From Leptogorgia sarmentosa (taxonomy: Eukaryota), in NCBI GenBank assembly GCA_964658305.1, contig OZ210885.1:18290001-18354000 (forward strand): a stretch of DNA of 64,000 bases, read 5' to 3'. The notes below the pieces were generated by a model. That model was not told the origin of the DNA. It made no database searches and saw only the letters and a program-made list of their open reading frames with translations. Below, in pieces: positions 35,047 through 47,800 of the stretch (position 1 is the first letter of the stretch; each line of letters begins with the position of its first letter). Made by a program: the position numbers and the translations under genes.

Positions 35047-38000
35047 TAATCATAATCCCATGCTGGTTTGAGTCTGTGGCATGTTAGGAGGGCGTGTGCT
35101 GTGGTTTCTTCTTCTTCGCAGAAGGGGCATTGTTTCGTGACTCCCATGTGTCTCCAGGTGGCTAGGTAAGAGTTGGTGGGTAGACTCCAGTGTAGGGTTC
35201 TCCATTTGAGCTCTCGTTCTTCTGGTGTGTTGAGGCTATGCCATCCTTGTGCCCATTCCAGCTTGACTCGTTGTGGTGGTACCTTTCGCTCTTCCCATTT
35301 CGTTAACGCTCTGGTGGTTTCTGTTCCGTCAGCTAAGAGACGTAGACGGCGTGTTGTTAGTGATCTGTTCTGGTGCATTGCTGTTTCCACTGCTTCTCGG
35401 TTGTGATTTAGGTATTTTTCTATCTCTTTGTGCCAGGGGGGGAGACTTTCTAGGTCTGCATGTGGCTTGTTGTTGTCTCGGAGTGTAGTCCATCCCTGCA
35501 CTGTCGCCAGGAGCCATCCGGTATTGTAGCGAGTCCATAAGGCCCAGTTGCCTGGGTTCTCTTGATCCATGATCTTCAAACTTTGCCTGAGTTTGAGAAT
35601 TTGGCTTAATATCTGGGGATTTGGAATTCCCAGGCCTCCTTCGCCGATGGGTTTCTGAAGGGTTGTTCTGTTTATATACTCGACTCCGCCTTGCCATAGG
35701 AAGTTGAATATTGCTGTTGTGATTTGTTGTGCTATGTCCTTTGGTATGGTGAACGTTGTCGCCAGATAAATAAATTGGGCGATTCCGAAAGTCTTGGCTG
35801 ATTGCCCTTTGATTGTCAGTCGCCGTGCTGACCACATGTGAAGTTTTTGCTGCATCTTACGTAGTGGTGTTTGCCAATCTTGTACCATCTGTGTGTTGAA
35901 AGTTGCTCCCAGAATGTGCAGTCCGTCGGTTCTCCATCGGATAGCAACTGGTCCTTCCGCTTTTCCTGCTTGATAGCCAAAAAAACATGCCCTCTGTTTT
36001 GTCCATGTTTAGTTTGCTGCCGCTTGCTTTTTCGTGTTCTTTGAGGGTGTCGAAAGCGGCCACCACTGAACGTTCATCCGCTAGTAACAGGGTCGTGTCG
36101 TCTGCATACTGGGTAAGTTTAGTGGCTTGGCCTGCCCCTCCGGGGGTTTGTATTCCGTTGATCTGGTGGTTGTTCCTGATTGTTTGGGCCAGAGGCTCCG
36201 CTGTCAGCGTGTACAATAGTGGGGAAAGGGGGCATCCTTGTCGAAGTCCTCGGGTGAGAAAGACCGGATCACTGATCCATCCGTTGTTTACAATTTCTGC
36301 CGTGACGTTCGAGTAGAGGGTGCGAATCCATTGTATAAATGATGCGCCGAAATTCATTTTGTGTAGCACTCGTAGGAGGTAATCCCGATCGATCCTGTCA
36401 AAAGCTTTCTCCTGGTCTATACTGATGATGATTACTTGTCCCCGGGTGCTGACATAGTGTATGGTGTCTCGGATGGTGGCTAAGTTTTCATGAATTGTCC
36501 GTGTGGGGATGCCGCATGTTTGTGCTGGGTTTACGACCGATGGTAGTACTGTTCTTAGTCTGATGGAAAGTGCTTTTGCCGTGATTTTATAGTCAACGTT
36601 GAGCAGTGAAATGGGCCTCCAATTTTTGAGCAGTTCTGGTTCATTCTTTTTATATAGTAGTTTTAGCAGAGCTTCGCGCTGGCTGGGGCTCATTTGTTCG
36701 ATCATGTGGTTCCAGTTGACGACTTCCGCTAATGGGGGTCCGAGTTTGTTCCAGAAAGTTTTGTAAAATTCGACGGATAGACCATCTTTCCCTGGCGATT
36801 TATTATTGTGCATAGTGTTGACGGCAGATGTCAGCTCGTCAAGTGTCAGGGGTCCTTCACACGTTTGCCGTTCGTTGTTGCTAAGCCGTAGTTCGATGTT
36901 GCCTAAGAATTTATCTTGTGTTGGCTTATCAGTCGGCTCTTTGTTGAAGAGCTGTTGGTAAAATTCTTTCGTGGCTGCCAGGATGTTTATGTCCGACGTT
37001 ACGCGTCCATTCCTCCGTCTGCAGAGCTGTGATCGTATGTCTTTGCTGCCTAGTTTTCTCGAGCCCAAAGAAGTAGCGAGTCAGTTTTTCCCCTTCCTCT
37101 TGCCACTGCGCTCGGCTCCGTACGATCCTTCCCCGGGCTTCAGCTGTCAATAAGGCGTCCAATTCTTGTTCCTTCGTTTGAATGGCCCTTTCGTCTCTCT
37201 GTGCGGCTGTCTGTAAGTTAGTAATGGTGGCTACTAGGTCTCGTTTTTTCTGTCTTTGGCTTCGTGCTATTCGGACTGCGTTGCTGAGCGAAATTCATTT
37301 TACGTGGTGTTTCAGCTGGTCCCACCATTTGCTTGGTGTGGGGAATTGATCGCGTTGGGTCTGCCAGAAATCCAGGAAGGTGTTGATGTCATGCAGGTAC
37401 TTGGTGTTTTTTAGTAGTTCGTTATTTAGCTTCCATGTACCCGGTCCTCTGGGATGCTCCGTGGGAAATGTGATGGTGATTTCAGGTGCATCATGGTCTG
37501 ACATAGGACACGAGGTGATGGAGGCTTCTGTTTGGTGTCGGAGAGTCTTGGACACGTATATCCGGTCGATGCGGGTTTGGATGGATCGAGCGGTGTTGCG
37601 CCAGGTAAAGAGTTTGGTGTTCGGGTGTGTTGTTCTCCAGATGTCTTCGGTTTGTTCTGCTTCTGTCCAGGTTTACAGCGTTGTAGCTCCGCTCGTTCCC
37701 CGGGTCGGGTTTCCCCCATTTTATCGAGGGGGATGTCATGGACGCACTTAAAGTCTCCTGCAATTATTGTGTATTGCGATTTTATCGTCATCGTTTTGAT
37801 TCTGTTGAAAAAATCGTCTCTTCTGTGGTCTGCCGTAGGGGCGTATATGCACATCAGGTTAATGTCATAGTCGTTGTGGTTTATCACAATGGAAAGTGCT
37901 CGTCCCTTGTGGTCTGTGCGTGTCTGTGTGATTTGTTTGTCCAGGTGTGTTTGGAATAAAATTCCAACCCCTCTCGCGTGTGCTGTGCCGTGGCTCCAAA

Positions 38001-38766
38001 AGCAATATCCTCCCCATTCTGTTGTTCATGTGTCCGTAATCTGTTTGTTGTGTCTGTGTGTTTCTTGGAGACATATAATGTCTGCTTTCATTGTCCGTAA
38101 GTAGGAAAATATTTTGTGTCGTTTTTCGTTATTTAGAAGTCCGTTTACGTTTAGTGAGGCTAGTTTTAAAGTCGCCATTAAACCGAGAACATCCAACTTT
38201 TCCCCATGGCCATCTTCGCTTCACGTCTCGCTTTTTTCTTCTTCTGCTTGGGCGATGTTAGCCGGTTTCGTTTGGTGCTTTTAGGCACGTTGAGAAAAAT
38301 TTCGTTCGGGTCATATTCGTGTTCTGTTTCGTGTTCGTCAGACTCTTTTAAGGTGGAATCGGACTCGTTGTCTGTCTCCTCGGTTCCTTTCTGTGTTTGT
38401 TCTGGGGGTGTTCCCGTGTCGTTGCCCGCCTGTGTAACGCCGGCGGCTGCAGTGTCCATTTCAGTTGTGTTCGGTGGTGGTGTCTCTGGGGGCGTTGGTG
38501 GTAGTGTGTTTGTAGCGCTTTTAATAGGCGCCTGCTCTGTGTTGGGAGGGGTTGTTGTGGGTTGTTCGGTCATGTTCGGTGGGTTAGGTGTGATGGGTGT
38601 ATCGGTGGGTTGGGAAGCGGCATCGGTTTCCATGGCGCGGGGTGTTGCTGTAGAGGTCGGTTTCTTTTGGCTTGATTGGGGGCTTGTTGAGGTGAGGCTA
38701 GGGAATTCGGTTTCTGTAATCCACAACGCTATGGGTGGTTTGATGGTTCTGGGTGGGTTCCATGCG
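35047..38766 (-). mobile_element. Third Tx1-clade family, partial copy 1 (end of ORF1 and frameshifted ORF2)
   Basis: ASLNVNGL, CLQETH, SDH, WKLN, IDQEKAFDR, RQGCPLSP, YADD, CPFCEEEETTAHALLTC. Confidence 0.9.
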
Positions 38767-39166
38767 CCGAGAACCGAGTCTCGAACAGAAAGGAAAGCAG
38801 AAGAGAGGAACGAATCCCTCTAAAAAAAAGGAGCCTATCCAAACGATTCCCCCGAGAGGGCCTCGCAGAAAGGCACAGCCACGCGGTGTACCACCAAGGC
38901 CGAAGCCAAGGAGGCCTGAACCGACCGACACAAACCAAAGGAACGGACTGGACAGCACAGGGACAGACACCACAGGAAGACAACACAGGAACGGACTGGA
39001 CAGCACAGGAACAGCACAGGAAAACAGCACAGCCAACGGACAGCACAGGAACGACCAACAGGACAGGACCAACAGGACAGGACCACGAAACTGAACAGCT
39101 CCACAGCAAGGAAATCTTCTTCAACAGGAACCAGACTTCGGCAGGAAGACCACCAACTGTCAAAAC

Positions 39167-39193
39167 ATCTTAGCCAAAAGGCCGAGAAGCGAT
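39167..39193 (-). ncRNA. U2: U2 5' fragment nt 1-27 (triplicate copy 2)
   Basis: Copy of 34285-34311. Confidence 0.93.
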
Positions 39194-39892
39194 GCCTTCT
39201 TCGCCGTTCCACGCCATCTTTTAAGCGAGAAAAGCAAGGTGAAAAAATGCGTCTTCCTTCGCGCCACCATTAGCAGCCCCGGCCGCGAAATTGCAAGCGA
39301 AACGAGCTGCAAACGTTGTGGCACGCGGTGATGATGACGCGTACGATCAATCGTTTGTGCGCTGCTAATTAATTCGGCTGCATGCGCGAAACCTCTCGCG
39401 ACGCACACGTGTTCTCCACGAATTTCTGGCGATTTTTTGGCAGGCGCACGTGGCGCTTTTTCCCATTCGCTGGCTCCGCGACCGATTCGCGAATGGCAAA
39501 TGAGCGACATGCATTGAGTTGAACGAAGCGTGTCCAGTTGCGCTTCGGTTGGAGAAATGACAAGTGCATTTGAATTAAAAATGGTTGTTTAACATAAGCC
39601 TAGTATAAAATGCATGATCGGTTGGCAACGCGTGTATCGATTGACTCATTCATTCATTCCGTTTGACGTGCCTATAACAAGGTGTGAGTAATCCAATATT
39701 GATTCCATGGTTGTGTATTAGTTTCGAATGACCGCGATTTAGTATCGAGTTACACGTGTTCGTGAAACACGCGGCCTGCAGTGTGAAGAGCACATAGAAT
39801 TGTTGTCCCTTCAATAAACTAGGATGCCGACGCGACGACATTTGTAATATCAGTTTTGAGTATTGGAAATGAGAATAATAAGATAAGGATGA

Positions 39893-39928
39893 AGGGGACA
39901 AGCGCGAACGCAGGTCCCCACTACCAGA
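39893..39928 (-). ncRNA. U1: U1 3' fragment (copy 2)
   Basis: Copy of 35011-35046. Confidence 0.9.
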
Positions 39929-42900
39929 TAATCATAATCCCATGCTGGTTTGAGTCTGTGGCATGTTAGGAGGGCGTGTGCTGTGGTTTCTTCTTCTTCG
40001 CAGAAGGGGCATTGTTTCGTGACTCCCATGTGTCTCCAGGTGGCTAGGTAAGAGTTGGTGGGTAGACTCCAGTGTAGGGTTCTCCATTTGAGCTCTCGTT
40101 CTTCTGGTGTGTTGAGGCTATGCCATCCTTGTGCCCATTCCAGCTTGACTCGTTGTGGTGGTACCTTTCGCTCTTCCCATTTCGTTAACGCTCTGGTGGT
40201 TTCTGTTCCGTCAGCTAAGAGACGTAGACGGCGTGTTGTTAGTGATCTGTTCTGGTGCATTGCTGTTTCCACTGCTTCTCGGTTGTGATTTAGGTATTTT
40301 TCTATCTCTTTGTGCCAGGGGGGGAGACTTTCTAGGTCTGCATGTGGCTTGTTGTTGTCTCGGAGTGTAGTCCATCCCTGCACTGTCGCCAGGAGCCATC
40401 CGGTATTGTAGCGAGTCCATAAGGCCCAGTTGCCTGGGTTCTCTTGATCCATGATCTTCAAACTTTGCCTGAGTTTGAGAATTTGGCTTAATATCTGGGG
40501 ATTTGGAATTCCCAGGCCTCCTTCGCCGATGGGTTTCTGAAGGGTTGTTCTGTTTATATACTCGACTCCGCCTTGCCATAGGAAGTTGAATATTGCTGTT
40601 GTGATTTGTTGTGCTATGTCCTTTGGTATGGTGAACGTTGTCGCCAGATAAATAAATTGGGCGATTCCGAAAGTCTTGGCTGATTGCCCTTTGATTGTCA
40701 GTCGCCGTGCTGACCACATGTGAAGTTTTTGCTGCATCTTACGTAGTGGTGTTTGCCAATCTTGTACCATCTGTGTGTTGAAAGTTGCTCCCAGAATGTG
40801 CAGTCCGTCGGTTCTCCATCGGATAGCAACTGGTCCTTCCGCTTTTCCTGCTTGATAGCCAAAAAAACATGCCCTCTGTTTTGTCCATGTTTAGTTTGCT
40901 GCCGCTTGCTTTTTCGTGTTCTTTGAGGGTGTCGAAAGCGGCCACCACTGAACGTTCATCCGCTAGTAACAGGGTCGTGTCGTCTGCATACTGGGTAAGT
41001 TTAGTGGCTTGGCCTGCCCCTCCGGGGGTTTGTATTCCGTTGATCTGGTGGTTGTTCCTGATTGTTTGGGCCAGAGGCTCCGCTGTCAGCGTGTACAATA
41101 GTGGGGAAAGGGGGCATCCTTGTCGAAGTCCTCGGGTGAGAAAGACCGGATCACTGATCCATCCGTTGTTTACAATTTCTGCCGTGACGTTCGAGTAGAG
41201 GGTGCGAATCCATTGTATAAATGATGCGCCGAAATTCATTTTGTGTAGCACTCGTAGGAGGTAATCCCGATCGATCCTGTCAAAAGCTTTCTCCTGGTCT
41301 ATACTGATGATGATTACTTGTCCCCGGGTGCTGACATAGTGTATGGTGTCTCGGATGGTGGCTAAGTTTTCATGAATTGTCCGTGTGGGGATGCCGCATG
41401 TTTGTGCTGGGTTTACGACCGATGGTAGTACTGTTCTTAGTCTGATGGAAAGTGCTTTTGCCGTGATTTTATAGTCAACGTTGAGCAGTGAAATGGGCCT
41501 CCAATTTTTGAGCAGTTCTGGTTCATTCTTTTTATATAGTAGTTTTAGCAGAGCTTCGCGCTGGCTGGGGCTCATTTGTTCGATCATGTGGTTCCAGTTG
41601 ACGACTTCCGCTAATGGGGGTCCGAGTTTGTTCCAGAAAGTTTTGTAAAATTCGACGGATAGACCATCTTTCCCTGGCGATTTATTATTGTGCATAGTGT
41701 TGACGGCAGATGTCAGCTCGTCAAGTGTCAGGGGTCCTTCACACGTTTGCCGTTCGTTGTTGCTAAGCCGTAGTTCGATGTTGCCTAAGAATTTATCTTG
41801 TGTTGGCTTATCAGTCGGCTCTTTGTTGAAGAGCTGTTGGTAAAATTCTTTCGTGGCTGCCAGGATGTTTATGTCCGACATTACGCGTCCATTCCTCCGT
41901 CTGCAGAGCTGTGATCGTATGTCTTTGCTGCCTAGTTTTCTCGAGCCCAAAGAAGTAGCGAGTCAGTTTTTCCCCTTCCTCTTGCCACTGCGCTCGGCTC
42001 CGTACGATCCTTCCCCGGGCTTCAGCTGTCAATAAGGCGTCCAATTCTTGTTCCTTCGTTTGAATGGCCCTTTCGTCTCTCTGTGCGGCTGTCTGTAAGT
42101 TAGTAATGGTGGCTACTAGGTCTCGTTTTTTCTGTCTTTGGCTTCGTGCTATTCGGACTGCGTTGCTGAGCGAAATTCATTTTACGTGGTGTTTCAGCTG
42201 GTCCCACCATTTGCTTGGTGTGGGGAATTGATCGCGTTGGGTCTGCCAGAAATCCAGGAAGGTGTTGATGTCATGCAGGTACTTGGTGTTTTTTAGTAGT
42301 TCGTTATTTAGCTTCCATGTACCCGGTCCTCTGGGATGCTCCGTGGGAAATGTGATGGTGATTTCAGGTGCATCATGGTCTGACATAGGACACGAGGTGA
42401 TGGAGGCTTCTGTTTGGTGTCGGAGAGTCTTGGACACGTATATCCGGTCGATGCGGGTTTGGATGGATCGAGCGGTGTTGCGCCAGGTAAAGAGTTTGGT
42501 GTTCGGGTGTGTTGTTCTCCAGATGTCTTCGGTTTGTTCTGCTTCTGTCCAGGTTTACAGCGTTGTAGCTCCGCTCGTTCCCCGGGTCGGGTTTCCCCCA
42601 TTTTATCGAGGGGGATGTCATGGACGCACTTAAAGTCTCCTGCAATTATTGTGTATTGCGATTTTATCGTCATCGTTTTGATTCTGTTGAAAAAATCGTC
42701 TCTTCTGTGGTCTGCCGTAGGGGCGTATATGCACATCAGGTTAATGTCATAGTCGTTGTGGTTTATCACAATGGAAAGTGCTCGTCCCTTGTGGTCTGTG
42801 CGTGTCTGTGTGATTTGTTTGTCCAGGTGTGTTTGGAATAAAATTCCAACCCCTCTCGCGTGTGCTGTGCCGTGGCTCCAAAAGCAATATCCTCCCCATT

Positions 42901-43648
42901 CTGTTGTTCATGTGTCCGTAATCTGTTTGTTGTGTCTGTGTGTTTCTTGGAGACATATAATGTCTGCTTTCATTGTCCGTAAGTAGGAAAATATTTTGTG
43001 TCGTTTTTCGTTATTTAGAAGTCCGTTTACGTTTAGTGAGGCTAGTTTTAAAGTCGCCATTAAACCGAGAACATCCAACTTTTCCCCATGGCCATCTTCG
43101 CTTCACGTCTCGCTTTTTTCTTCTTCTGCTTGGGCGATGTTAGCCGGTTTCGTTTGGTGCTTTTAGGCACGTTGAGAAAAATTTCGTTCGGGTCATATTC
43201 GTGTTCTGTTTCGTGTTCGTCAGACTCTTTTAAGGTGGAATCGGACTCGTTGTCTGTCTCCTCGGTTCCTTTCTGTGTTTGTTCTGGGGGTGTTCCCGTG
43301 TCGTTGCCCGCCTGTGTAACGCCGGCGGCTGCAGTGTCCATTTCAGTTGTGTTCGGTGGTGGTGTCTCTGGGGGCGTTGGTGGTAGTGTGTTTGTAGCGC
43401 TTTTAATAGGCGCCTGCTCTGTGTTGGGAGGGGTTGTTGTGGGTTGTTCGGTCATGTTCGGTGGGTTAGGTGTGATGGGTGTATCGGTGGGTTGGGAAGC
43501 GGCATCGGTTTCCATGGCGCGGGGTGTTGCTGTAGAGGTCGGTTTCTTTTGGCTTGATTGGGGGCTTGTTGAGGTGAGGCTAGGGAATTCGGTTTCTGTA
43601 ATCCACAACGCTATGGGTGGTTTGATGGTTCTGGGTGGGTTCCATGCG
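39929..43648 (-). mobile_element. Third Tx1 family, partial copy 2
   Basis: Copy at +4882. Confidence 0.9.
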
Positions 43649-44048
43649 CCGAGAACCGAGTCTCGAACAGAAAGGAAAGCAGAAGAGAGGAACGAATCCC
43701 TCTAAAAAAAAGGAGCCTATCCAAACGATTCCCCCGAGAGGGCCTCGCAGAAAGGCACAGCCACGCGGTGTACCACCAAGGCCGAAGCCAAGGAGGCCTG
43801 AACCGACCGACACAAACCAAAGGAACGGACTGGACAGCACAGGGACAGACACCACAGGAAGACAACACAGGAACGGACTGGACAGCACAGGAACAGCACA
43901 GGAAAACAGCACAGCCAACGGACAGCACAGGAACGACCAACAGGACAGGACCAACAGGACAGGACCACGAAACTGAACAGCTCCACAGCAAGGAAATCTT
44001 CTTCAACAGGAACCAGACTTCGGCAGGAAGACCACCAACTGTCAAAAC

Positions 44049-44075
44049 ATCTTAGCCAAAAGGCCGAGAAGCGAT
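44049..44075 (-). ncRNA. U2: U2 5' fragment nt 1-27 (copy 3)
   Basis: Copy of 34285-34311. Confidence 0.93.
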
Positions 44076-44774
44076 GCCTTCTTCGCCGTTCCACGCCATC
44101 TTTTAAACGAGAAAAGCAAGGTGAAAAAATGCGTCTTCCTTCGCGCCACCATTAGCAGCCCCGGCCGCGAAATTGCAAGCGAAACGAGCTGCAAACGTTG
44201 TGGCACGCGGTGATGATGACGCGTACGATCAATCGTTTGTGCGCTGCTAATTAATTCGGCTGCATGCGCGAAACCTCTCGCGACGCACACGTGTTCTCCA
44301 CGAATTTCTGGCGATTTTTTGGCAGGCGCACGTGGCGCTTTTTCCCATTCGCTGGCTCCGCGACCGATTCGCGAATGGCAAATGAGCGACATGCATTGAG
44401 TTGAACGAAGCGTGTCCAGTTGCGCTTCGGTTGGAGAAATGACAAGTGCATTTGAATTAAAAATGGTTGTTTAACATAAGCCTAGTATAAAATGCATGAT
44501 CGGTTGGCAACGCGTGTATCGATTGACTCATTCATTCATTCCGTTTGACGTGCCTATAACAAGGTGTGAGTAATCCAATATTGATTCCATGGTTGTGTAT
44601 TAGTTTCGAATGACCGCGATTTAGTATCGAGTTACACGTGTTCGTGAAACACGCGGCCTGCAGTGTGAAGAGCACATAGAATTGTTGTCCCTTCAATAAA
44701 CTAGGATGCCGACGCGACGACATTTGTAATATCAGTTTTGAGTATTGGAAATGAGAATAATAAGATAAGGATGA

Positions 44775-44810
44775 AGGGGACAAGCGCGAACGCAGGTCCC
44801 CACTACCAGA
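44775..44810 (-). ncRNA. U1: U1 3' fragment (copy 3)
   Basis: Copy of 35011-35046. Confidence 0.9.
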
Positions 44811-47800
44811 TAATCATAATCCCATGCTGGTTTGAGTCTGTGGCATGTTAGGAGGGCGTGTGCTGTGGTTTCTTCTTCTTCGCAGAAGGGGCATTGTTTC
44901 GTGACTCCCATGTGTCTCCAGGTGGCTAGGTAAGAGTTGGTGGGTAGACTCCAGTGTAGGGTTCTCCATTTGAGCTCTCGTTCTTCTGGTGTGTTGAGGC
45001 TATGCCATCCTTGTGCCCATTCCAGCTTGACTCGTTGTGGTGGTACCTTTCGCTCTTCCCATTTCGTTAACGCTCTGGTGGTTTCTGTTCCGTCAGCTAA
45101 GAGACGTAGACGGCGTGTTGTTAGTGATCTGTTCTGGTGCATTGCTGTTTCCACTGCTTCTCGGTTGTGATTTAGGTATTTTTCTATCTCTTTGTGCCAG
45201 GGGGGGAGACTTTCTAGGTCTGCATGTGGCTTGTTGTTGTCTCGGAGTGTAGTCCATCCCTGCACTGTCGCCAGGAGCCATCCGGTATTGTAGCGAGTCC
45301 ATAAGGCCCAGTTGCCTGGGTTCTCTTGATCCATGATCTTCAAACTTTGCCTGAGTTTGAGAATTTGGCTTAATATCTGGGGATTTGGAATTCCCAGGCC
45401 TCCTTCGCCGATGGGTTTCTGAAGGGTTGTTCTGTTTATATACTCGACTCCGCCTTGCCATAGGAAGTTGAATATTGCTGTTGTGATTTGTTGTGCTATG
45501 TCCTTTGGTATGGTGAACGTTGTCGCCAGATAAATAAATTGGGCGATTCCGAAAGTCTTGGCTGATTGCCCTTTGATTGTCAGTCGCCGTGCTGACCACA
45601 TGTGAAGTTTTTGCTGCATCTTACGTAGTGGTGTTTGCCAATCTTGTACCATCTGTGTGTTGAAAGTTGCTCCCAGAATGTGCAGTCCGTCGGTTCTCCA
45701 TCGGATAGCAACTGGTCCTTCCGCTTTTCCTGCTTGATAGCCAAAAAAACATGCCCTCTGTTTTGTCCATGTTTAGTTTGCTGCCGCTTGCTTTTTCGTG
45801 TTCTTTGAGGGTGTCGAAAGCGGCCACCACTGAACGTTCATCCGCTAGTAACAGGGTCGTGTCGTCTGCATACTGGGTAAGTTTAGTGGCTTGGCCTGCC
45901 CCTCCGGGGGTTTGTATTCCGTTGATCTGGTGGTTGTTCCTGATTGTTTGGGCCAGAGGCTCCGCTGTCAGCGTGTACAATAGTGGGGAAAGGGGGCATC
46001 CTTGTCGAAGTCCTCGGGTGAGAAAGACCGGATCACTGATCCATCCGTTGTTTACAATTTCTGCCGTGACGTTCGAGTAGAGGGTGCGAATCCATTGTAT
46101 AAATGATGCGCCGAAATTCATTTTGTGTAGCACTCGTAGGAGGTAATCCCGATCGATCCTGTCAAAAGCTTTCTCCTGGTCTATACTGATGATGATTACT
46201 TGTCCCCGGGTGCTGACATAGTGTATGGTGTCTCGGATGGTGGCTAAGTTTTCATGAATTGTCCGTGTGGGGATGCCGCATGTTTGTGCTGGGTTTACGA
46301 CCGATGGTAGTACTGTTCTTAGTCTGATGGAAAGTGCTTTTGCCGTGATTTTATAGTCAACGTTGAGCAGTGAAATGGGCCTCCAATTTTTGAGCAGTTC
46401 TGGTTCATTCTTTTTATATAGTAGTTTTAGCAGAGCTTCGCGCTGGCTGGGGCTCATTTGTTCGATCATGTGGTTCCAGTTGACGACTTCCGCTAATGGG
46501 GGTCCGAGTTTGTTCCAGAAAGTTTTGTAAAATTCGACGGATAGACCATCTTTCCCTGGCGATTTATTATTGTGCATAGTGTTGACGGCAGATGTCAGCT
46601 CGTCAAGTGTCAGGGGTCCTTCACACGTTTGCCGTTCGTTGTTGCTAAGCCGTAGTTCGATGTTGCCTAAGAATTTATCTTGTGTTGGCTTATCAGTCGG
46701 CTCTTTGTTGAAGAGCTGTTGGTAAAATTCTTTCGTGGCTGCCAGGATGTTTATGTCCGACGTTACGCGTCCATTCCTCCGTCTGCAGAGCTGTGATCGT
46801 ATGTCTTTGCTGCCTAGTTTTCTCGAGCCCAAAGAAGTAGCGAGTCAGTTTTTCCCCTTCCTCTTGCCACTGCGCTCGGCTCCGTACGATCCTTCCCCGG
46901 GCTTCAGCTGTCAATAAGGCGTCCAATTCTTGTTCCTTCGTTTGAATGGCCCTTTCGTCTCTCTGTGCGGCTGTCTGTAAGTTAGTAATGGTGGCTACTA
47001 GGTCTCGTTTTTTCTGTCTTTGGCTTCGTGCTATTCGGACTGCGTTGCTGAGCGAAATTCATTTTACGTGGTGTTTCAGCTGGTCCCACCATTTGCTTGG
47101 TGTGGGGAATTGATCGCGTTGGGTCTGCCAGAAATCCAGGAAGGTGTTGATGTCATGCAGGTACTTGGTGTTTTTTAGTAGTTCGTTATTTAGCTTCCAT
47201 GTACCCGGTCCTCTGGGATGCTCCGTGGGAAATGTGATGGTGATTTCAGGTGCATCATGGTCTGACATAGGACACGAGGTGATGGAGGCTTCTGTTTGGT
47301 GTCGGAGAGTCTTGGACACGTATATCCGGTCGATGCGGGTTTGGATGGATCGAGCGGTGTTGCGCCAGGTAAAGAGTTTGGTGTTCGGGTGTGTTGTTCT
47401 CCAGATGTCTTCGGTTTGTTCTGCTTCTGTCCAGGTTTACAGCGTTGTAGCTCCGCTCGTTCCCCGGGTCGGGTTTCCCCCATTTTATCGAGGGGGATGT
47501 CATGGACGCACTTAAAGTCTCCTGCAATTATTGTGTATTGCGATTTTATCGTCATCGTTTTGATTCTGTTGAAAAAATCGTCTCTTCTGTGGTCTGCCGT
47601 AGGGGCGTATATGCACATCAGGTTAATGTCATAGTCGTTGTGGTTTATCACAATGGAAAGTGCTCGTCCCTTGTGGTCTGTGCGTGTCTGTGTGATTTGT
47701 TTGTCCAGGTGTGTTTGGAATAAAATTCCAACCCCTCTCGCGTGTGCTGTGCCGTGGCTCCAAAAGCAATATCCTCCCCATTCTGTTGTTCATGTGTCCG